NCBI GenBank assembly: GCA_964016885.1
Contig: OZ024743.1
Location: forward strand, 188,356,001-188,420,000
DNA length: 64,000 bases
Source: Eledone cirrhosa
Lineage: Eukaryota
Direction of reading: 5' to 3'
Shown here: positions 28,633-44,785 of the stretch, in pieces
How positions within the stretch are numbered: the first letter of the stretch is position 1
Layout: each line of letters opens with the position of its first letter
Notes under the pieces: model-generated
The model's input: only the letters and a program-made list of their open reading frames with translations
Database searches by the model: none
Told to the model about the DNA's origin: nothing
Translations under genes and position numbers: made by a program

Positions 28633-28805
28633 GGAGGTGGATTGGCAGAATTGGTAGAGGGTCAGCCATGCTTTCCAGCATAGTTACGTCCCTTTACGAT
28701 CTGAGTTCAAATCCCGCAAAGGTTAACTTTGCCTTTCATCCTTACGAGGTCGATAAAATAATGTACTGGGTAATTGCTGGCCTTGTGCCAAAAGTAGAAA
28801 CAATT
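28633..28805 (+). mobile_element. tRNA-derived SINE with Nin-like core
   Basis: tggcagaattggtaga A-box-like head, ctgagttcaaatccc B-box, Nin-like core; a partial second copy follows near 28910-29070. Confidence 0.85.
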
Positions 28806-30386
28806 ATGATTATTATCATTATAATGATGTTGTTGACGAAAGTAGAAACAATTATTCTTCAGGGAAGGCTTTTTTGTTGACTTTTCACTTAGTCATATTA
28901 TTTGGCATATTATTTGGCACTATCAGTAGAGCATCAGACACCATGCTTTGCAGCATAGAGTTATGGCCCTTTGCGTTCTGAGTTAACTTTGGCTTACGGG
29001 ATTAATAAAATAAAGAATTTACCTCCTTATGCCTAATTTACCTTATGCCTAAAGTAGAAACAATTATTATTAATAATTGTTTCTCCATTGGCCACAGATG
29101 TTTATCATATACTTTTAAACCATTTCATATAGAAGGGTAAAGTCAAGTTTTCTCTTCTGAAATGAAAGCCCCATCAAGTAATACTTTGCTTCCACACATG
29201 TAGCAACTGAGATTACTATTAGTGTCTCGTGTATTTTTATAGGCTTTTAACAGTGTCTTATTAAGTCGTATGAATGTCTGAGAATAGGTCACAATTTTCA
29301 TCCCTCTTACATTCTGAAGATATGGCTAATATTGGACCTTGAATTCTTGAGTAGCACTTTTATTCCCTGTATGAATATAAATAAATAATATATATATATA
29401 TATGCTTGTATGCATGTGTGTGTGTGTGTATACGTATATTATAATCTACATCATTGTTTTCGCTTTTGCATCCAATTTTCCATGCTGGCATGGGTTAAGT
29501 GGGATGTTTTGAGACAATGTTTTACAGCCCATCATGACACTAACACATTTAGTCACCTCTTACAACATGCAATGATACGGTGTCTATATTCTAAAATACA
29601 AGATACATTGAATATACCTGTGTGTGTTTGTGTGAATGGGCTAGAAGAAAGTATATCAGCCATGACCATCCTGGCATTTTAAAAGTATGTTTATGACTCT
29701 TGTATCCAATGTGATTCAATATTCCTTCATTGATTCATTATGTACATTGTTGATTAATTTAGTTACCCACCAGAAAACACAAAACCCAAGATAAGAATCA
29801 AGATTTCATCAAATTAAAATAAAAAACGTAAAAAAAGTAAGATTTCAAAATTAGTGATTTTGTTCCGAAAATAAATACTCATTACCAAAAATATCAAAGA
29901 CATGTAGGCACCATGAAACCTGCTTCAATTCTTTTTGGTATTGAAGCAACACTCTGTAAAAGCTTAATGAGAAGATTCTTTAGTGAAAATGTATTCCATT
30001 CAGTGAAACATGATATTTTAAAAGTTACTTTCAATGAAACTGCACGCAACTTCTGTTTGTGTGTTCAAAACATACAAGCACTGGGTGGCAGGGAGACTTG
30101 TGAATACAAAACAATAATATTAGAAAATAGATCATGGTTATAAGGTAATTGCAACAGCAATTGTGATAACGATGATGTTGTGCTAACAACAATATGGATG
30201 GAGTAATGTTAGTGAAAATGAGAATTAATGAGGACAATGTTGCTAACAATAGTGAGGATCATGATGTGATCAAGAATGTAGTTGCTAATTTGGATGGTAG
30301 CGAGAGTATAACTATTGATATCTCAAATATTTAGATACCATAGCTTTTAAATAGGAATAGGTATGTGTGTATTTATTTATGTATGT

Positions 30387-30450
<64 letters not shown>

Positions 30451-30733
30451 TAATAAAAATAATGAATAAAAACAAAGAAACAGTTCCTTATATTAAAACA
30501 TTCATCATTTTACGATCGTTTCTAGGATATATATATCGTTTCTACCGTATATTTTGGTAGATTTATCTACATATATATATATATTTTTTTAGTATATGTT
30601 GGTTGTATAACAACACCTCAGTATGCAGGCTGGAGCACTCGACGAAGTGCGCAGGTTGGTTTGGTTACTCCGGAGTAATGTAAAATAAAGTTAAATAAAA
30701 AGTCAAATGTTTAAAATTTAGCTTCGTTTATTG

Positions 30734-30786
30734 CTGCTATATATATTTCAGTGACAGCCATCTTTGGCTGTGACCTCTTCAGGCAG
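30734..30786 (-). ncRNA. Minimal type I hammerhead ribozyme in a pLTR fragment (~30590-31165)
   Basis: ctgc-CTGAAGA-ggtcacagcc aaagat ggctgtcact-GAAA-t atat a-TA-gcag: stems I, II and III and the core are all consistent. Confidence 0.85.
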
Positions 30787-31396
30787 TCCGAATTAGTGTG
30801 GTATAGACAAGTACATATGTTGTTGAGGTGTATAATATTGTCAATACTCTGATATGCCCAGTTCCTGGTTGGGTTGTTATTTCACTGAGGAACTGGAATC
30901 ATATGAATTCAAACAAACGAATTTCAGTGTCAAAGACCTCTTCTCCTCCCATTGGTCAGTTGTTAGAACATTCCTCATTCTAAGTGTTGTTATTGTTGGA
31001 GTTAGCTTAAAAAATTGATAAAGTGGTAGAAGGGACAAGGTGTTAAAGGAACAAAATAACAAAAGCAGTGTCAAACTTCCCATTGGTCAGTTCTGAGAGC
31101 ATTCCTCAGTCAGAAGTCTATAGAATTCTTTCTGGGGTGAGGCTCCCTGTAGTGTTTGTGTTTATATATATATATATATATTTTTTTTTTCATCGTATTT
31201 TTGATTAAAGACATTTTAGCCGGATAATGGAGTTTAGAACCCTCAGATAAATGGAAAAATATGAGTATTGACGTACATTAACGTCAATACTCACATTTTT
31301 CCATTTTCTTTAATTCAAAAAAATACGGTGAAAGCTATTCTATTTTCTAATTTCAAATCTGCTCACTGATTCAAAACATACTTATTATATATATAT

Positions 31397-31561
31397 AACG
31401 AAGAAAATGTGGTAAGGAACCAGGTAGACCATAACGCACCAAAGTACTCAATACTTAGGGTAGTAGAGTGGGTAATAGGAACGAGTAGGAGCCCGACGGC
31501 TGAGCTCAGGCCGTTTCGACGGCTAATTCTGGACTCAGTCCAAAATTAGCCGTCGAAACGG

Positions 31562-31564
<3 letters not shown>
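31397..31564 (-). mobile_element. Family F1 foldback insertion
   Basis: Reverse-complement tail and arm, then hairpin gccgtttcgacggctaattctggact-c-agtccaaaattagccgtcgaaacggc, ending in (TA)n. Confidence 0.85.
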
Positions 31565-31606
<42 letters not shown>

Positions 31607-31745
31607 TTTTATTTCATTCCATTTATTTTTATCATGCTTTATTTTTATTTTTATTTTTAATTTCATTCGCACCGTTTCCTTTCGCTTTATGTCTCTCCAC
31701 CACTCCCTACACACCCTTTGAACTCTGTTCCCACACACTTCTCAC

Positions 31746-31776
31746 CTGAGGAAGGGCTTATGCCCGAAACGTCGTT
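31746..31776 (+). ncRNA. Hammerhead-like core in a pLTR fragment (duplicated at 39518-39548)
   Basis: CTGAGGA-a-gggc ttat gccc-GAAA-cgtcgtt. Stem II is perfect; stem I is not evident. Confidence 0.6.
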
Positions 31777-32377
31777 CCCCACCACCACCCCACTCTCCAG
31801 AGCGTAAAATTAATAAACATTCGTTGTACTGCCTCTCTGTTTTGTTCCTGTTCAAATTCTTCCATTATATATATATATATATATATATAATAATACAATA
31901 ACAGAGATAGTTTAAAGCTAATCTCTGACTGGTAACCATCTCACTCAACAAACATTAGGTTATATTTTAATATAAACCCAATTTAAGTGTTTGGGTGCTA
32001 ACAATATGTATTATGTGGAAAAGCCAGTTGTATTATTTTATGAGATATAATTAAAGTTAAAATATATCTCTCTTTCCAAACAATTGTTTCATTATAAGTT
32101 TTCTACAAATTCGGAGAATATTTCCATTTTATGTAGAAGCCTAATATACATTCATGTAAGAATATATTTAGGTGGGCACTTATAAATCATCAGTGGAAGC
32201 CCATTAAACTTTGATATAAGAAAAACATTTCTTACCACAGTTAGAAATCGTGTCTGTTAAGTTGCTCCTTCCCGCATCGAATGACCGGCAAATTTGAAAT
32301 TCCAACAGTTTTTGACTGAGGAAGTATTATAGCGTCACTAAGCGGGAAGGGGAGACAACTACAATCCACGAAAGGAG

Positions 32378-32447
<70 letters not shown>

Positions 32448-32496
32448 ATGATATTAATAAATGAAAACTATATTTATAAAACCATAAAACCATATT

Positions 32497-32557
32497 TATT
32501 CTATTATATATATTTCAAGGGTACCAAAACTTTGGTATGCCCTCATCAGATAAAATA
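32497..32557 (-). ncRNA. Minimal type I hammerhead in foldback insertion 32445-32806 (duplicated at 40320-40380)
   Basis: tattttat-CTGATGA-gggcataccaaa g ttttggtaccctt-GAAA-t atat a-TA-atagaata. Confidence 0.75.
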
Positions 32558-32803
32558 CAAAATTTGTTTTATAAATAGTGACATACCCAGGGATCGGACT
32601 TTAACTGTTCAAGTTCTGTTTGGATAGTGAGAGCGACCAAAGTTTTGGTACCCTTGAAATATATATAATAGAATCAATATGGTTTTATAAATATAGTTTC
32701 CATTTATCAACATCATTGATTTTATAGTCCAGAAAACTTGTCGAGTGCTTAGAATCTGTTATAAATATATTTGTGGAATTACCAACAAATTAAAAATCTC
32801 TTT

Positions 32804-32856
<53 letters not shown>

Positions 32857-34072
32857 GCAAAGAATCGCTACCTTCACCCTTAACGGAATCTTCTGAAACT
32901 AAAAGAATCAATCGAGCCCTCTTTGGATTTTAATCTTTACATTTATTATTACTATATATATATATGTGTGTGTGTGTGGCTTGATTCATTCCTTAAGTGA
33001 GTACATTTATTATTTGTCATTCTATATGCATAATACTATTTGTTTGTCAATTAGATATATGATTTTGTATATCATTTAAATGCGTACACATACACATATG
33101 CGCGCGTGTGTGTGTCTGTGTGTGTGTAAACACAAGTAAAAAGGATTGGAACGATGAGTGTATAAGAAATATCACCAAATTGTAGGAATCTCAAACACTG
33201 AAGGAAGCAGCCAGCTGCTATTATGCATAGCAAACATCTGGTTAAAATATAACCTCATAAGATTGGAAGAATGGTCAGAGAAGGAGGGAGAGAATGAAAG
33301 AGAGTATAAAGTATAATATGAGAAACAAGAGAAGAGTAGAGAAGAGAAGAAAAGTGGGAATGGGGATGATGGATCGAACATTGTTTTTCTTATTGAGAAT
33401 TTCAAAATAGAAACAAAAAGTGGAGAAAGATGAAAAATGTAAACCAAAGTGAAACAGAGAACCAGAGCATCGTAATCACCTCATTAGCTTCCTTCCAACC
33501 AACATAATTTCGCGTGGCAAAAGGAACTATCATGTATTTAAGATTGGCTAGTGAAATAGATTAAAACGTTCTCTTGGTACGACGCTGATATAGCGAGAAA
33601 CAAGACAAGAGATAAATCGAAACGTGGTTGTCAGTTATGCTGGGTAAACAGCAACAGCAGTACATGACAAGACAGTGGAAAGAGCACAGGAGAGGGACGA
33701 GTGAGAGAAAGAGCAATAAAAATAGATAGAGAGAGATAGAGAGATAGACAAAGATGTAAAGCGTTACCTTCCCTGGCACCGTTATCTGTTCACTTTAGAA
33801 AGCCGAATTGGCTCACATTTGTGTATGTAAACATAATTGAAAAGAATTGGAGCGATGGGTGTATAAGAAGCATCACAAAATGTTAGGAATCTTAAACGCT
33901 GAAGAAGTTGTGAAAGTAGCCATTTCATTAAGGTGAAAGTGTGTCTTGTTACTCTCAAGTTACTCTAGAGTAACAAGTCTCATCATTTAAATTCAATAAA
34001 GTGAATATTAATTTTCTACTTCAGTACTTAGTACTCCTTTCTCTCAGCCTTCAACCACACACACATTATAGA

Positions 34073-34247
34073 TATAGGAAAAGAATCAGGACCCCGACAG
34101 TTCAGCTTCGGCCGTTTCGACAGCTAGATCCGAACTAAGCCAGCACTGCTGGCTTAGTTCGGATCCATTACCCACTCTACTACCCTAAGTATCAAGTACT
34201 CTGGTGCGGTATGGTCCATCTGGTATCTTACCACAACTTCTTTGTTA
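34073..34247 (+). mobile_element. Family F1 insertion (duplicated at 41868-42041)
   Basis: Inverted arm, internal hairpin gatccgaactaagccagca-c-tgctggcttagttcggatc, then the tail starting attacccactc. Confidence 0.85.
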
Positions 34248-34586
34248 TATATATAAATATATATAAATGAGCTAGTAACACGTGCTTACGCCGTAATTGA
34301 CTAAATAGAATTAGTCTGTTAGTTGGGATTTAAAAAAAAAAACATCTGAATGGAAAAAAAAAGATGAGTATTGACGTTCACGTGACCCGAACCCACATCA
34401 TTGGTTTGCCCGACCAATGGGTTACTATTACTCCAACACGGCACCCATGCTTCCTTCCATCCAATTAGCAGGTATATATATGTATATAGATAGGAGACAT
34501 ATATGTTTATACACGTTGGTGCAGTATCAGCTACACATTTATAGGGATATAAATTTATCACACACTTTGGCTACTAGCGCACTTCT

Positions 34587-35352
<766 letters not shown>

Positions 35353-35414
35353 GTAGAGAAGAGAAAATAAAAATAAAAATAAAGCATGATAAAAATAAAA
35401 GGAATGAAATAAAA

Positions 35415-35712
<298 letters not shown>

Positions 35713-35913
35713 TTAGTTATACTATTTATGGTTATGTAAACACAAAACCTTAAGCAGTTGTAAGTATTTTACACACACCCTAAATAGTGGTAGGCAGTAA
35801 TGTATTACTACCTTATTACCAGTAAGTTAAGTAGCTCAATGTAAAAACATCAGATGATTTACAGAGCAGTTATATGAAATATAAGAATCAAAGAACTGTT
35901 CAAAACATTATTG

Positions 35914-35960
35914 TGCTTACAGCTGTTTCCTCCAAACCGAGGTTTGGATTCTTCGGAGCA
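35914..35960 (-). ncRNA. Minimal type I hammerhead with variant core CCGAAGA (inverted copy at 39252-39298, +)
   Basis: tgct-CCGAAGA-atccaaacc tc ggtttggag-GAAA-c agct g-TA-agca. Confidence 0.8.
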
Positions 35961-37404
35961 ATTTATTAATGCATGGACAGTTATATGACCTCCTTTTCAG
36001 CCGAGAGACATACCAACACATATTCAAACATTGATACATATTCAAACATTGTGGGTCAACATTCATTACAGAATTTAGAGTGGCAGTACACACTTCGAGA
36101 TTACATTTATATTAATAGGTACAATAAAAAATCAAGGATATAGGTTAAAGTACAACATGAAGATAAGTGGTTATATAGTGCAAATGTTATATGTGTGGCA
36201 CGCATGTGCGTCTTGTTTATATAGTGTGGCAGAGAGATATGTGTGGTAGAGGCACTTAGGTAGGTAAATAAGAGTGTTAGGTTGGTAGATCTGGTGGCAA
36301 AGTCTTTATATGATTGATATAGTCTGTGTGTGGAGAAATATTATAAGCATTAAAGATAGTGCAAGCATTAAAAGTGTTATAAGTATTGGAGATGCACAGC
36401 GCAGGGATGTCAAGTAATTCATGTACTTCGGCATTTTCATGGTCAAGGGAGTGTATATTTCGATTATATGCCTTTCACATAATCCACGACAATCCAGTTA
36501 GAGATCGTAGTCTGGTGTTCTTTAGTTCGATACAGGAGGTTGTTACGTTTCGAGAAACGCCATTGAATACCGGAAGTGTGTGTGTGGCTTAAGGGGAGTT
36601 AATGCATGCGGGGAGGTAACTCTGGGGTTTCTATATCTAGCCATTAAAATGTGTCCCAATATAGACCCTAAATTCTATGGTGAGGTGCACCTTCCAAGAG
36701 AGACTTTTAAAGCATAAAGTGTACTAACTATAGAGTAGTTTAACTAAATTATGCTGAAGGTGATCATATATTATTAAGGTGGATTAACCCATCTTAAGGT
36801 GCTACAAATGGAAATTATAGATGATGAGCGAGGATTCTAAATTAATGATCTCTGTGGTTGTAGTCTGCTCATATGACCCAGGCGCGGTGACTGCAGGATT
36901 GCTTCAGGACCCAATGATCTCTGGCAAGATCTGGGTCATCGCTTGCTACATTGGATGTCGAAAGATAATCGTCCCCAGGCAGGCAAAGGTCAATCCGCAG
37001 TCCTCGCGACCCCTCTCTGACCGTCAGATCATCCATATACGTACAACCCGCACGGCAGTTGCATTGCATTCACTCACTGCGCTCAGCAGCCCGGTCCTAC
37101 TGGTCAACAGCGCTACTCGATTAAATCATTTTACATCTGTCTAAGGAAGGTGTTTCCTCTGCCCAACACCATCCAACCGATCAATTCATGCTCAAATTAC
37201 CCTTAGAGCGGTGTAGTGCCGTCCAAGTGGGTGGATGTTGTCACACCTGCCGTAGAGGTATAAATGGGTATTTTCCCTGCGAAGGGTTCCAGAGGGATGT
37301 CGTTGTTTGTGTTATAATGGATCAGCTAGTGTTGGGTATGTAGTATAGGGTGTGTCTCTGGTGTTTGATGCTAGATGTGGTGTTAGGTTCCAGTCCGACA
37401 TTGC

Positions 37405-38765
37405 TATATATAGGGCTTAAAGTTTTGGAAGGAATGTCTGAGGCGGTGCTGGCAAGTTGCAAACACCTCAGATTTTTTGATAAGTAGGTTACCGTGGAGA
37501 AGATAATATTGTGTGTCTCTAATATACAGAGGTTACAGAATTTATTAGGTGGTTTGTACGAGGTCGCGCTGCCTATCACTTCCCATTTGAGTGTGTATGG
37601 TTTATTTTTAGATTTTAGATAGTGTATGTAGCTAGAAAGTGAGGTGGAGTTGGCTAGGCTGTGCTTTTTGAACGAGTGGATGTGCGAGTTATATCTGATT
37701 TTGAAGCAGTTAGAAGTGGAGCCTACATAGGTTTCTGAAGAGTTATTAGTCGTGACTGTGCATGAGTATATGACATCCTTGGTTAGGCATTTTTTATCTA
37801 AAGGGCAGGTTCTATTAGCTCTACAGTTACAATTATTCTGTGCGTTAGTCCGCTGGTTATAATGCAATGCGGAAGTCTGTGTGGTGGATATAGGATTTTG
37901 GGTGTTCGGGTTGACAACCCTGGTGTTATTACTTATACTAGTGTTATTTCTATTGTTACTGCCGTTGCTATTGTTGCTTGCTACAGTGGTATTTAGAGGG
38001 TTTGCATCCCGTTGTGATTTTGTTTGTTGGAAGTAAGAACTAATTTTACTATTATTGCTGCTAGCTATGTGGTATGCTAAGTTAGGCGTTGTAGAGTATG
38101 AGATTTTAATGGTGTTTTTGTTTAAGAGGTTGTGGTACTTGTGTCCTAGAGGGAAGTTTTTATCTAGTAGTGAGAAGAAAGCCCTAGGTATGTTGGTGGA
38201 GACATTTAGGTTGAAAGGAGGGTTGAAAAATGTATTATTTCTTCTTCTATTTTTGCTTTTAGTGTTTGGTGTGTTGCTTCCTCCTAAGGCCTCACAGTAG
38301 TTTCCATGGTAATGGTTACTTCCGGTGGCACCCTCCGCTTTGGTGTACTTGTGGTTGCTATTCCTATTATTAGATTTCCTCATGGACATGTTGTGCGAGA
38401 TGATGTTGAAGCTATGTGTTTTCTTAGGTAGGAACTCAATTTCTATATTATGGCCGGAGCTAGCTAATGCTTGATTGTAATATTGTGAGTTTTTGCTAAA
38501 TATGTTTGCGTCATAGGACAGACTAGAGATTCTATTGGACACCCCCTTAGAGATAGAGTTTAATATTGATCTAGGGTGATTAGACTTGGTATCTACGTAA
38601 ATAAGTTTCTCATTAGGCTTATGGAAAGGTGTATATATTTTTGAGTCTAGGTATAGTGTGGCGTCTAGGAAGTTAACATTTTTAGTGTTTTTGTCCATGG
38701 TGATACTAAGGTTAAAGTTTTTGAATGTCTTATGCAGTTGTTTTCTAGTTCTTTCTATATTAAAT
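37405..38765 (-). pseudogene. Naiad RT C-terminus, thumb and GIY-YIG endonuclease
   Basis: VNFLDATL...PFHKPN...SNHP...FFNPPF...KISYSTTPN...CNCRANRTCPLDKKCLTKDVIY...YVGST...CNLCILE. A frameshift near 37493 hides the native end (LLIKKSEVFATCQH...*). The MYFGIFMVK start in the ORF track comes from the inverted repeat. Confidence 0.93.
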
Positions 38766-39338
38766 TTGACCATGAAAATGCCGAAGTACATGAATTACTT
38801 GACATCCCTGCGCTGTGCATCTCCAATACTTATAACACTTTTAATGCTTGCACTATCTTTAATGCTTATAATATTTCTCCACACACAGACTATATCAATC
38901 ATATAAAGACTTTGCCACCAGATCTACCAACCTAACACTCTTATTTACCTACCTAAGTGCCTCTACCACACATATCTCTCTGCCACACTATATAAACAAG
39001 ACGCACATGCGTGCCACACATATAACATTTGCACTATATAACCACTTATCTTCATGTTGTACTTTAACCTATATCCTTGATTTTTTATTGTACCTATTAA
39101 TATAAATGTAATCTCGAAGTGTGTACTGCCACTCTAAATTCTGTAATGAATGTTGACCCACAATGTTTGAATATGTATCAATGTTTGAATATGTGTTGGT
39201 ATGTCTCTCGGCTGAAAAGGAGGTCATATAACTGTCCATGCATTAATAAATTGCACCGAAGAATCCAAACCTCGGTTTAGAGGAAACAGCTGTAAGCACA
39301 ATAATGTTTTGAACAGTTCTTTGATTCTTATATTTCAT

Positions 39339-42658
<3,320 letters not shown>

Positions 42659-44785
42659 TATATATATAAATTTGAAGACTAAAATCCAAAGAGGGCTCGA
42701 TAAGGATAAATATATATCAGATATATAAGAACCGTAGAGCAAATATTTATTAAAATAACAGATTAAAGTTTAAGCAAAGAATCGCTGCTTTCACCCTTAA
42801 CGGGATCTTCAGAAGACAAAACGTTTCTAAAAACGTTTGTAAAAAAAATAATTTTCTAATTTTCTTGAAATCTTCTCAAATTTAATTGAACATTTTCTCA
42901 AATATTTTATTAAACATTTCCAGAAAATTTCACCAAAATTGTTTATTCAATTCTTTTCAAAAGTTTAAAACGTTTCTTTAAATATATTTCATCAAAAATG
43001 TTCTAAATATTCTTAAAACTTCTTTTCAATTTTCTTCAAAATGGTTCACCAAAATGTTTTATTTTTAATTCTTAAATATTCTCAAACTTCCACAAGATTC
43101 CGCCCCCCCCCCCCCCCCAAAAAAAAAAATTCTCATCAAAATTTTCCCTAAAATTTTTTCATGAAAATTAGTCGGAAATATCAGGAAATATTTTCAATTT
43201 TAGAAAAAAATATTTTGTAAAAATATTTGATATAATTTTCATTAAATTATTGAGAGACTTTTCAGAAAAAAAAATGTTAAAGAAAGTTTTGAGAAAATTT
43301 GTGAAAGATTATCAGAAAAAAATCGAAGATGAATTTGATGAAATGTGTTGAAAAATTTGATGTGGATTTTGAAAAAAATAATTAAGAAAATTTGAGAAAA
43401 TTTTGATCAATATCTTCTTTTATATGTTACAAATTCTTTATTTCCATAACCTGAACGATTATCTTGTACTCTTTCTCCCTTCCCTTTGTCTTCTCAGCCA
43501 CCAACACTACCTCCCCATAATCCCAATTATCTCCTCAATGATCACCAAAAGAAATTTTAATTTGTTTCTATTCAAACATACATTTAAAAGACAATCATAA
43601 AAGCAATTGAGAGGTCGAGTGTAATAGAGTATGCAGATGGTTAAATTTGAGAGGTAATTTAAAGTAAGGGTGTGTTCAAAACTATTTATCAGATAATTAG
43701 TGTTTGTATCTTTCAGAGACACAAAAAAAGTGGACAAAGATGCCCAAGAGGAATTGAACTATCCATCTACAATATACCAGTCAATCATATTGGTGGCCTC
43801 TTGTTCAATATTATACAAATTTCATCAATATTTTTATCCAGAATTTCACCATGAATTTTCCTCAATATGTTTCTTAAATTTCCATAAAATTTCCGAGCAA
43901 GTCTGCCTGAATTATTATCTTTAAGAAAAAAATTATAAAACACCTAAATACTTCCGAAAAAATATCAGCAGTGATTTTCTGAAAAATATTCCTTTTATTT
44001 TTCGAAAGTTTTTTTTCAAATTCTTTCCTACAATTTTCATTAAAATTTTCCCAAAATTTGTCTCAAAATGTTCTTCAAGCAATTTCAACAAATATACTAT
44101 TAAAACATTTATTTTTAATTTTCTTTAAAATCTTTCTCAAAATCCTTTAGGAAAATATATGGGATAATTCTTGAGAAATTGTTTAGAAAAATATTCATCA
44201 AAACTTTATGAAAAATCTATTTCAGGATTACTTGAAGAGCTTTATCAAAATTTCAAATAATTTTCTCAAATATGTTTATTAAAATTCTATCAAAGTATTT
44301 TCGAAATAATTCCTCGATTTTTTTATTCGAAAACATTAGTAAAAATTGTGAAAACTTTTGTTGATTTTTCAAAACGCTTGAGGAGTAATTTTAAATTCTA
44401 GAAAACGTTTTGAAGAATATTTTTGAGACAACTGAAACATTTTTGGGGAAATGTTTGGGAAAAGTTGTATGAAAATGTTTTCGAAAAACTGTCAACAAAA
44501 TAAGGAAACTTTGACAAATGTTCGAAATAAATTCATAAAAGTGTGCAACTTTGACAAATCTTACTTCCCTATATCCTAAGCAGTCATTTTGTTCCCTATT
44601 TACCTCTCCCGACCAGGACTGCCACCACAAGCTCCACTACATCCCATTATCTCCTCTATCCTTACCTTCACTATCATCCCCGAAAAGCTGTTTTTATCCA
44701 AACGTACATTTGAAAGGAAATAGAATATAATAAAATTGATTTAGATGATTGAAACAGAGCAAATAGAAGGTGAGATTTGAATGTG

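Noticed and set aside
33172-33779. Duplicated hydrophobic ORFs
   Set aside because: Produced by AG-rich low-complexity DNA; their identity simply reflects the recent duplication.
37322-38791. 489-aa ORF as an intact gene or selenoprotein
   Set aside because: The start comes from the inverted repeat, the RT is truncated and the end is frameshifted. The CNC and CxxC motifs use Cys codons, with no in-frame TGA in the preserved part.
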